Part shown: piece after piece, positions 13,344 to 25,188 of the stretch
How positions within the stretch are numbered: the first letter of the stretch is position 1
How the letters are laid out: every line of letters begins with the position of its first letter
DNA from: Mizuhopecten yessoensis
Taxonomy: Eukaryota
Assembly (NCBI RefSeq): GCF_002113885.1
Contig: NW_018480070.1
Coordinates: forward strand, 248,001-312,000
DNA: 64,000 nt
Direction of reading: 5' to 3'
Translations under genes and position numbers: made by a program
Notes under the pieces: generated by a model
Database searches by the model: none
Told to the model about the DNA's origin: nothing
Seen by the model: only the letters and a program-made list of their open reading frames with translations

Positions 13344-16300
13344 ATTGTACTTTATTATTTGAAATATCAAATGAACCGGTTCTAATTTGCCAAATATATA
13401 AATGAGGATTATACATTTAGAAGTAGAAAATGTTTTGATTAATTTGCTACAAAAATAAGAATGGAGAGTATGGTAGCTTTATCAACGGTCGTCATGCCTA
13501 TTGATTTGGCATGTTTGGCTATTTTTTCTCTCATTAAAGTATGGATTACTTATGAATAGTCTTCCTGCCTGTCAATCGTCTCCTGACTATGGGAATTCAG
13601 CATTTAAGGCAAGCTACCAGTTATCAATAATCACCTAGCCCATGGATTCAGCGTGTTTGGCTAGTTACCTTATATCTCTGACACTCTCTGAATACAAAAA
13701 ACGGCCATACGTCAGTTAGAGAAATACCGACGCTCACAAGATCAATATAAATGTGAGATCAGCGAGATATGTGTACTCACACAGCCCGACATCTGTAAAA
13801 AGGACTATTCATGGGAATGAATACGGGTATGCATCACTTGATCTGAATAAGCCCATTTACCTTGAACTTAAATCGGTTTGTTTATTTTGATGGTCGTCTT
13901 GACGGTAGAAATTCGATATCAACGCGAACTCGAGTATTGTTGTGGTTGGCAGTAGAGAGATCTTGAATTCGGCCAATTTACTGTTTGTAGCGCACGAAGC
14001 TTGGCTGGGGATATCGAGAAAACCCATTCATAGTCAGATCATATGTGTTTTGTACCTGTAGTTACCCAGCCAAGTCTAAGACAAAACTCTATTATGCTCC
14101 TTTACTTTAATATAGACAATGATAAGGTTCAAATCATGTCGTAAAAGCAATAAGCCTTTATACCGTTAAGTGATATGTCATTTTAACCTATAGTTGTTGA
14201 CGAAGTCATTCCTGGTTGCTAAGGTAGACCAAGTTCTGTTATTCGCGTCACAAGTTTAAAATATATCTTCTGTATTTTTAAATAATACAAACTAATTGAT
14301 TTTCAATCATTTACTTTTTAACATACCAGTCTCTGACTTTGTGGTAATCATTTTTGAGTCACACGCCGAACTATAGTCTATACACTGTGTATTGTCAATT
14401 TATGTCAGAAAACCAGCAGGGGCAAATCCTTAGATATGTATGTCAACAGCATACACATAGTTAAACACTTGGGAGAAGAGTACCGGTCGTTAAAGCAGTA
14501 CATGTTGTTAGAAACCTTTGATTCGGGTCCATAACGATGTAAAACGCTTTCGTTTGATTCTGTAGAAATTCTATATTGACAGAGATTATGAGAGCGCGCT
14601 CAATATTAATATCAATATTACTGACATCACAAGGTGTTACAGTAATAAATGAGTATTGTGTCATTCTTCTTGTAATTTTGAAGTGTCTCGAAGTAAAGGT
14701 TTCCATTGTTCATTTTTTCCCTATATTTATTGATTTTGAGTTCTGACGATTTTGTTGGCACTGCGATCGGTATTCTCTTTTTTTTTATTAGATGCAATAA
14801 CTGAAACGTTGTAATTTTATTTCTGATATTGTAATATAACGCCATATCTTAAAAAACTTTGACAATGTCTGTTTGAAGTAATTGTTTATCTTTTGTTATG
14901 CAAATTACTCAGGGCCACACATAACGCGGTCGTTGGTATATATGCCACGATTGGTCTATATATAGCAGTATAGAAATGCCTTCAATATGTAGAACAGATA
15001 TTGATTACCGAAGCACGAAAGCCTGCACGCTTAGTTTTTTTTATATTCTGCGACATATAGTATTCCATCAGGTACCCAATAGTTCTATTTACGGTGAAGT
15101 AGATACATTTTTAAAACGTGGTAGTCTTTCAATCGGAAATTCCCCAGATGAATTATAGTGCCGTTCAAAATATTATAATGAAATAAACGATTGACAGTAA
15201 CTTGTTTTCCGGTTCAACTTCTATCACATTTTGGCTTTGTATCAATTGTTTGTTTGTCTTCATTATGAATGCTAACGGTCACTTTATCATTACCACGCAG
15301 CAGCCAAACAAAGGTTTGAAACGCACGAATTGTTTGTGATTTTAACAAACAACTATGCAAGCGAATCGGAAGCTCACGTGTAATGATTTCATTACATTTT
15401 TAAACACCATTTGTTTTTTTGAGCTCTAGATGAAATCCGTTAGGTTTTGCAATTATTCTGTAAGCACAATTTCAGTTATATTTGCCATTACTTACTACAT
15501 CATTATAAGAGTGTGCTAATATGAACAGACAAATAACTGTTTTGAAGCTAATTTGTAATATATTATTTATATACTGCGTATAAATATCCCATTGAACGTC
15601 TGCTATTTTTACCTTATTCAACAAACAATATTGCACCAATGTATAATCTGACAATACAAAGAAGTACAAACAGTGTTACTTTTATAGCATTCCTGTACAA
15701 CACCCACATTTGTAACATACGATTATGTCATACCTGTTTTACGTACCTGTATGACATGACTGTATGACATGTCTCTATGACAACCGTGAATGACGATGAT
15801 AAGCGGCTACATATTTCCAATGGCTGTGTTGAGACAACTTATATGTGGGGATTTTAATCAGCTAAATAGGCAATAACATATTAAGACTATCGATCAGAAA
15901 ACCCCAAATATGATGTTATATGCGTTATCAATGTGACGTAATTTAATTGAAATCACGAATGTAATACTACAGACATTCCATGTATATCAAATTCTGGGAT
16001 CTCTGACGTCATCAGTTAAGATGGTATTGAACGTCCAGATAAGGAGAGATATATATATATCCGTAGCCTAAATGTGTCGGAAGAAAAGATATATCATGTA
16101 ATGTACTGATTAAATACGTGTATTAGCGGCACAGAGTACTGCATGACCGCCATAACGATTTGTTATCATGATTGTTAAAATTCTGCTGAATATTTTAAAT
16201 TACTTTTTTTACGATGACATTGACCCATGCTTTGGTTATTCAGCTTGTGTTTGCCAATTAAATATGGAACCCCCGATAATAAAGTGGGACACACATAACG

Positions 16301-16879
16301 TGTCCTGTACCGTTTTATGATTCGATTAATGAAATACATCCATTCAAGTATTACGGATATTTATAATGGCAACGACATTTACGATAGCGTGTCATCAGAT
16401 TTATTCGACATATCTGTCCCATATTTTATCAACTCAGAATGTTCAATATAAATAAATTGTATAGGCTGTTTTGATATTTGTACACTTTTGTAGGTACTCT
16501 AGTTAAAACTTTCTTTAAAGTATAACATCAGCTTAATCCTCATTATACTGACTCAGCAAGTAATCAATTGTCCCAATATCCATCTTGTGTTTATACTGGA
16601 TTTTTATAAGTGATATACTATGCTCATATTTGCTTGGATTTCGTATGTTACATGTATGTAGTTAAAATCATAGTAAAATAATTATGTACGAGATACGATT
16701 GATATGCCTTGTAAACGCATAAATTACGTAGCCAGGGTTTTCTTGCAGAGAGGTTTCAATCTACGCTGTACAAAACTGCCATAGTTAAAGAATTGTTCAT
16801 TGTGCCTTACATTATTTTCCTTTAATGGATTCAGACAAGTGGAGTTATATAGAAAAAATATATATGATATATCTGTCTA

Positions 16880-19800
16880 CCACGTGTTGGGTCTAGTAGA
16901 ACACATCTGCATATGTCTTTCATGTGCAGGATCTAGTGGGATATATCTATCTGTCATGTGCAGGATCTAGTAGGATATATATATCTATCATGTGCGGGAT
17001 CTAGAAGGATTTATCTGTCAACTATAATCATAAAGTCTAGTAGGATATATCTGTTTACTATGCTCAGGGTATAGAAGGATATGACTGATCCTCCTTTGTC
17101 TGGGTCTAGTAGGATACAGCTGATATCCAATGTTCAGGGTTTAGTAGGATACAGCGGATCTACCATGGTCAGGGTCTAGTAGGATACAGCTGATCTACCA
17201 TGGTCAGGGACTAGTAGGATACAGCTGATCTACCATGGTCAGAGTCTAGTAGGATACAGCTGATCTACCATGGTCAGGGAATAGTAGGATACAGCTGATC
17301 TACCATGGTCAGGGTCTAGTAGGATACAGCTGATCTACCATTGGTAGGGTCTAGTAGGTCACAGCTGATTTACCATTGTCAGGGAATAGTAGGATACAGC
17401 TGATTTACCATGGACGAAATCTAGTAGGATACCGCTGATCTACCATGTGCTTGTCTATAAGGATAGAACTGATCTACCATTGCCAGGGGTTAGTGGGATA
17501 CAGCTGATTTACCATGTGCTTATTTAGTAGGATAGATCTTATCTACATGTGCCAGGTCTAGAAGGACACAACTGATTTACCATGGGCTGGGTCATGTAGG
17601 ACCTAGCTGGATAGAGTTGATCTATCATGGGGAGGGTCTAGTAGGATTCATCTGATCTACCATGGCTAAGGTCTAGTAGGAAACAGCTAACATACCATGT
17701 TCAGGGTCTATTAGGAGACAACTAATCTACCATGGTCAGAGTCTAGTAGGATACAGCTAATCTACCATGGTCAAGGTATATTAGGATATAGCTAATATAC
17801 CATGTTCAGGATCTAGTATGATACAGCTGATCTACCATTGTCAGGGAATAGTAGGATACAGCTGATTTACCATGGACGAAATCTAGTAGGATACCGCTGA
17901 TCTACCATTGGTAGGGTCTAGTAGGTCACAGCTGATTTACCATGTGCTTGTCTATAAGGATAGAACTGATCTACCATTGCCAGGGTTTAGTAGGATACAG
18001 CTGATTTACAATTGGTAAGGTCAAGCAGGATAGAGCTGATCTACCATGGGTAGGGTCTAATAGGATACAGCTGATCTACTATGGGCAGAGTCTAGTGGGA
18101 TACAGCTGATTTACCATGTGCTTATTTAGTAGGATAGATCTTATCTACATGTGCTAGGTCTAGAAGGAAACAACTGATTTACCATGGGCTGGGTCATGTA
18201 GGACCTAGCTGGATAGAGTTGATCTGTCATGGGCAGGGTCTAGTAGGATTCATCTGATCTACCATGGCTAAGGTCTAGTAGGAAACAGCTAACATACCAT
18301 GTTCAGGGTCTATTAGGAGACAACTAATCTACCATGGTCAGAGTCTAGTAGGATACAGCTAATCTACCATGGTCAAGGTATATTAGGATATAGCTAATAT
18401 ACCATGTTCAGGATCTAGTATGATACAGCTGATCTACCATGGTCAGGGTCTAGTAAGATACAGCTGATCTACCATTGTCAGGGTCTAGTAGGATACAGCT
18501 GATCTACCATGGCCAGGGTCTAGAAGGATACAGCTAATCTACCAGGGTGATAATCTAATTGGGTAGAGGTGATCCTCCTTTGTCAGGGTCAAGTATGATG
18601 TGCTTGTCTGGTAGGATAGAGCTGATCTATCAGGGTCAGAGTCAAGTATGATACAGCTGATCTACCATGGTAAGGGTCTAGTAGTATACATACGATCTAC
18701 CATGGTCAGGGACTAGTAGGACGCAGCTGATCTACCGTGTGCTTGTCTGGTAGGATACAGTTGATCTATCATGGTCAGGGTCTAGTAGGATACAGCTGAT
18801 CTACCATGGTCAGGGTCTAGTGGTATACAGCTGATCTACCATGGTCAGGGTCTAGTAGGATACAGCTGATCTACCATGGTCACGGTCTAGTAAGATACAA
18901 CTGATTTACCATGTGCTTGTCTAGAAGGACAGAGCTATCTACCATTGTCAGGGACTAGTTAGATACAGTTGATCTACCATGTGCTTGCCTAGTTGAATAG
19001 AGTTTATTTACCATGGGTAGGGTCTAGTAGAATACAGCTGATCTGGCATGGCTAAGGTCTGATAAGATACAGCTGATCTACCATGGTCTGGGTCTAGTAA
19101 GATACAGCTGCATTGTAAGGGATTAGTAGGATACAGCTGATCTACCATTGTCAGGGACTTGTCGGATGCAGCTGATCTACCATGTGCTTGTCTAGTAGGA
19201 TAGAGCTTATCTACCATGTGATAGGTCTAGAAGGACACAACTGGTTTACCATGGGCTGGGTCATGTAGGACCTAGCTGGATAGAGTTGATCTACCATGGA
19301 CAGGATCTAGTAAGACACAGCTGATCTAGCGTGTGCTTGTCTGGTAGGATAGAGCTGATCTATCATGGTCAGGGTCAAGTATGATACAGCTGATCTACCA
19401 TAGCCAGGGTCTAGTAGGATACAGCTAATCTACCAATGTGATAATCTGATTGGGTAGAGCTGATTCTCCTTTGTCAGGGTCAAGTATGATACAGCTGATC
19501 TACCATGGTCAGGGTCTAGTAGGATACAACTGATTTACCATGGGCAAGGTGAAGTAAGACACAGCTGATCTACTATTGTCAGGGACTAGTAGGACACAGC
19601 TGATCTAACGTGTGCTTGTCTAGTAGGATAGAGCTGATCTATCAAGGTCAGGGTCAAGTATGATACAGCTGATCTACCATGTTCAGGGTCTAGTGGTATA
19701 CAGCTGATCTACCATGGTCAGGGACTAGTAGGACGCAGCTGATCTACCATGGTCAGGGACTAATAGTGTACATTTGATCTACCATTGCCAGGGTATAGTA

Positions 19801-20140
19801 GGACGCAGCCAATCTACTATTGTCAGGGACTAGTAGGACACAGCTGATCTAACGTGTGCTTGTCTAGTAGGATAGAGCTGATCTATCATGGTCAGGGTCA
19901 AGTATGATACAGCTGATCTAATATGGTCAGGGTCTAGTAGAATACAGCTGATTTACATGGGCAAGGTCTATTAGAATACATCTGATTTACCATGTGTATG
20001 GTCTAGTAGGTTACAGCTAATCTACCATGTTCAGGGACTAATAGTGTACATTTGATCTACCATGGCCAGGGCATAGTGGTATAGAGCTGATCTACCATTG
20101 TCAGGGTCAAGTATATTATCATATTTTATCTGTCATGTTT
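16880..20140. repeat. 35-bp minisatellite (GGGTCTAGTAGGATACAGCTGATCTACCATGGTCA), about 3.2 kb
   Basis: Period of 35 bp (TACCATGGTC at 17161, 17196, 17231); degenerate edges; internal higher-order duplication. Confidence 0.97.
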
Positions 20141-22126
20141 AGGTTCTAGTAGATACTCTTACAGTGTGTAGCTGGATATCTGTTATATAATGTGTAAACT
20201 ATTCCCAATCTTAATAACGTAATAAATAAATATGACCTACGTACGTTCTAAATTTCTGCAAATGTCTAATAATTCTCACTGAGTAAAGATGACACGATCA
20301 TTGTCTCTGTTTTGATTATCCTGCATGCACAAATGCATTTTACTAGTATTTATGAGACCCTATGGCTATTCCCACCTTCCAAATAAATCTTAATCCATCT
20401 GCAAATTATATGCATGCACATACCCCAGGTATTGAGGAAAAGATAAATGTATAAGTTGATCCTCGCCATTTTTATGCCGTCAACATTTATGTGCACTTAA
20501 TTGCCCCTAGCACGTATGATACTATATATATACATATAATTTATGAATATGAAAGTATGTAGAGAGCTTCATGCCTAATACTTTACGTTAGCGTGTACCA
20601 GAGGAAACCTTTAAAGGTTAACTTTTGTTGGTCCATGTATTAGATATTCACTACATGTAAACTGCATTGAGGCGTATAAAGAAGGTGGCTCATGTTTCAA
20701 AGGAAGGATATAAGACCGAACGTATGGGTATCTCATGTGAAGAATAGGAAAGATGAACGCAACACACATACAGGAGATTGATCCACTCATCCTTAATTGA
20801 GTATAAAATGCAAGTCAATTTAAACGTACCATGTGCTTTGTAAATATATATTTTAATAATATAAGGAAAATAAAAGGCAGATTAAATAGAATTCAAACCG
20901 TCCCAGCCATATAACAGTGATCTTTAAGGTGTTGGAGAGTATAAACCCATATCTGTTATTTACATTTTTTAAGCCTGCTTTTTTATGCATTTTTTGTCAC
21001 TTTTTTCCATTTAATACACTTTTTTTTTATATTTTCAGATAAAATATGTGTTGATAAGTAAAACATAGTTCGTGTTGACATCTCTTTATTAATTGCATAA
21101 ACATACGTGTACTGCATGTTATTTGTTGTTACGTGGTTGATACTGATGTTTAGTATGTGACATATTTTAGAAATTGATATTTCATTTTGTATGACCTAAC
21201 TGTTTAAATGAACTATTTCACAGTAACCATCTTCGCTTGCTTTACATATATTAATATGTATACATATAAATGTGTTATATTATTTTAGAGGACAGATATA
21301 GGTTTAATCTGTTGTCCTATCCTTTTTGTAATACATAAAATTCCTATTCATTACTGTATAAGATACTAAGAATAAAATATTATCAAAATATGTCGTATAT
21401 GACATTGACATGCTCGAAATTCTATACAAGTCATATTCAAAACACTTAACATTTAACCTACCAGTCGGTTTGAATCCGTATCATGACTTATAATCGAATA
21501 CAGTTTATTGCTGTTTTCAGCAGATACTGGTGTGATAACCAATATCTCACATGGTACGCCTAATGTAATGTGAGTGGTGTTTTAAATTCCAGGAGAAAGA
21601 AACGTACCAAACTATTCCGATTGAGAAGCCGATTTATAAGAGCATCGTCTGAACAGGACTGAGCAAAGGGAAATGATTTGCACGAGGAATGTTCCACTAA
21701 CCAAGAGTAAAATCTGATCAAGGTTTGCTATTGGACAAATAGAAATGTCAGTCAAGAATTAATTAATCAGTCTATATTTTTTTCATTCAGTTTCCATTAA
21801 TGTAAATCCGTCGCGTGCATTGATGGCATTCAATTGAAACATCTAATAAACATAACATGAGGACATTACTCTGCTTTACCAATTTGTATCCCTTTGGAAG
21901 ACATGCATGAATGCTCGAAAGATTACCTTTGCAAGCCATACTAAGACATTCTCCTCATTTACATATTCTTTCAGGTGGATCGCTTTTGTAGGGGAAAATC
22001 TAAATCTATCACATTTTGAATGTCATTAAATATCCTTGCAATATAAAAGTTAATGGGAAACGAAGAGAGCATCAATGATATTATTTGTGTATGCCTGGTC
22101 TCCCTGGTAATCCTATGTGTTTGGGA

Positions 22127-22133
22127 TATATAA
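22127..22133 (+). promoter_or_regulatory. Candidate TATA box of caveolin A
   Basis: TATATAA 89 bp upstream of the ATG, similar spacing to the TATA motifs of E (87), F/G (83) and H (68). Confidence 0.45.
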
Positions 22134-22215
22134 GACCAGAAAGGCCTGCCGACCAGTTACGACTCGATATCCTGACCGGGTGCATCAGTGAAAAGATTCC
22201 AAGGCAAATAGCACC

Positions 22216-23218
22216 ATGGCACAACGATCCGAGGGCGAATGTGACATGGAAAATAGGGATCCAAACGATCTGAACGACCATTGCAAGGTAAGGAAATTGT
22301 ACATATACTGTTAATAACAAAGAGTGAATACATGTCTAAGCAACACATTTTTTTTTTTAACTTCTCAATAAAATAAATGAAAAACGGTAATCCTTACGAA
22401 AAATTCAACGAATTCCTTTTAGTATTTTTCTAATCTAAAACCAAATCAATCATGTTTTTACAGAAGTATTGCAAACACTTCGGCTTATCTTAACAAACAA
22501 AAATTCAAACTTGATCGCGAAAACATTTTCAGGATTGTTTTTTTTTTCTATTTGAATTTAAGTCTGTAGTTCCAATATATTGTATAACGGTTGTCCATAA
22601 CAACAGTAATAACCAAACCGGAACAAGAAAGTTAAAGACATGTTTTCTTTTGAGTGACAATTTAATGTTCAGCTAAGACATTTAATTACCATAGGTTGAT
22701 TGTTATAAGTGATTTATCTTATGAATTTCAATGGAGAAGAGCAACCCAGTGAAATAGGTCATCACAAAACTTTAAATAATGTTGTTCTTCAGAACCTTGA
22801 TTTCTACATCGTAAACATGCATGCTGTTAAAAATGTCTTGATGTTACAATACGTTAATTATATTGTCGTTTCTTGTCTGAATCAGGTTGCTTTCGAGGAT
22901 GTCTTGGGAGAACCAGAAGGCGCTCACAGCATGGACTGCGTGTGGAAGAACAGTTACTGGTGTTTCACCTGCGGTAAAAACTGCTGCTACAAGCTCATGA
23001 CCTGTCTTTGTGGAATTTGCATCGCCCTATACTGGGGTTGTGAGTTTGCCCTGATTGCTTTCGACCAAATCTGGTGCATAACTCCCTCTCTCAGAATCTT
23101 CGCCATCTACTGTGGATGCGCCCAGAAGTTCTTCGGCACTATCGTTCAGTGTTTCCTGGCCCCGATCTGCGAGACCTGTGGACTATGTTTCAGTCGAATA
23201 ACAGTTAAGAACTCGTGA
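22216..23218 (+). CDS. Caveolin A (caveolin-1/-3-like, Cys-rich, 134 aa); join(22216..22287,22886..23218)
   Basis: Exon 1 MAQRSEGECDMENRDPNDLNDHCK|GTAAGG; CAG acceptor; exon 2 VAFEDVLGEPEGAHSMDCVWK...WCITP...FSRITVKNS*. Carries the caveolin RDP motif, an FEDVIAEP-like signature and the P132 equivalent; AATAAA at 23524. Confidence 0.95.
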
Positions 23219-23699
23219 TTCGGCATACCGCCCAGGAGTCATACATATTTCTTGTGCAACAGATAAAATGTAACTGCTTTTATGGGCAAGCATCCTCTCC
23301 TTACTCCTGGTTTTCAAAAACAACTTTTTCCAAATGGATTTTTACGCATTTAAGGTGAAGTCTACTTTATTTTCCAAATTGGATACATTATTTGTCAAAT
23401 TTACATTAAAAGGAAAGGCATTGCCAAAATATGGAAGCTCAAGTGACGAAGTCGTTTTAAACTGTGATATTTATGTTTACCATATTTTTATTTATAATGC
23501 AATTGTCTTGTACATATTATAAAAATAAATTTTGTATTTAATAACTTATATCCTTGCTTTTTATTTGAAGTTAGAAAGATACTCATAAAACTACTTACTT
23601 AATACTTTGCGATCAAATCGTTTCAGAATGACTACAAATGCTTAACAATTTTTCGCAATAAACATTTCAGTATATGACAACATACTTAAGTGGCAATGG

Positions 23700-23865
23700 T
23701 AACCAATGAAGCACTACAAAATCTGTTCATAGCAACCAATCTAATACATATTTGTTCATAGCAACCAACCGGATACATATTTGTTCTTGGCAACAAACCG
23801 GATACAAATTTGTTTATAGCAACCAACCGGATACAGTTTTTTTTATAACAACCAACCGTATATAT
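23700..23865. repeat. Short ~29-30-bp tandem repeat (TTTGTTCATAGCAACCAACCGGATACA..), about 5 copies
   Basis: Direct repeats visible. Confidence 0.75.
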
Positions 23866-24427
23866 GTTTTTAACCTTTCGAATAACATACAAGGCGTAGC
23901 TTGCTTTGATGACAATTTTTGCGGTTTTTTATTTGAACATTTTTATAATATCAATTTGATGTTCTCTACAAAGGAATAATGTGTTATTTAGTATTACTGA
24001 GAGATAAACAGGTATACCTAATTAGTGAAAAAGGACAACTTGATAAACATTTCTATTTTTGACCAACTCGTAGTTAAGCTTTTATTATATTGGGTTTAAC
24101 GTCCGATTAACAGCTGAGGTGATAAAAGGACATGTGTCTAACGTATGCATTCAAGTGTGTATATGTGCTGAAATAGGTATTCTGGTGTAATTGCCTACTT
24201 GCAATGTGATGCCGACTTTATAGTGCTACCTCATTTAAATACCATGTCGAAAACACCCAGCATAGCAGGGGTATTTGGGATGGAACTATAACATAATTAT
24301 TTTTGTGAATAATCATGCATCACATCTTTTCAGTAATACTGATATCACGAACCTTTGTAAGTAAATAAAGCACAATCACACAATGAAAGCAAAAACACAC
24401 AATGAAAGCAAAATCACAGAGTGTTTT

Positions 24428-25188
24428 CATATTGTTACACACAATCATATTGTTTCACACAATCATATTGTTACACACAATCATATTGTTACACACAATC
24501 ATAATGTAACACACAATCATAATGTTACACACAATCATATTCTTACACACAATCATAATGTTACACACAATTATAATGTTACACACAATCATAATGTTAC
24601 ACACAATCATAATGTTAAACACAGTCATATTGTTACACACAATCATATTGTTACACACAGTCATATTGTTACACACAATCATATTGTTACACACAGTCAT
24701 ATTGTTACACACAATCATATTGTTACACACAATCTTAATGTAACACACAATCATAATGTTACACACAATCATAATGTTACACACAGACATATTGTTACAC
24801 ACAATCATATTGTTACACACAATCTTAATGTAACACACAATCATAATGTTACACACAATCATAATGTTAAACACAGTCATATTGTTACACACAATCATAT
24901 TGTTACACACAGTCATATTGTTACACACAATCATATTGTTACACACAATCATAGTGTTACACACAATCGTAATGTTACACACAATCATATTGTTACACAC
25001 AGTCATATTGTTACACACAATCATATTGTTACACACAGTCATATTGTTACACACAATCATATTGTTACACACAGTCATATTGTTACACACAATCATATTG
25101 TTACACACAATCACAATGTTACACACAATTATAATGTTACACACAATCATAATGTTACACACAATCATAATGTTACACACAATCATAT
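24428..25188. repeat. 18-bp minisatellite (ACACACAATCATATTGTT), about 42 copies
   Basis: Exact 18-bp period; it generates the spurious THNHIV/CNNMIV/LHTIIL ORFs. Confidence 0.97.

Noticed and set aside
12835-14845. Possible minus-strand exons (ORFs at 12835 and 14461, and an open stretch ending AAG|GTAAAT near 13860)
   Set aside because: No recognisable homology and no consistent splice chain could be built; would need RNA-seq or tBLASTn.
22709-22885. N-terminal extension of the 169-aa caveolin ORF in the track
   Set aside because: It is intron sequence read in frame; the true N-terminus is exon 1 at 22216-22287 with the RDPN motif and a canonical donor.
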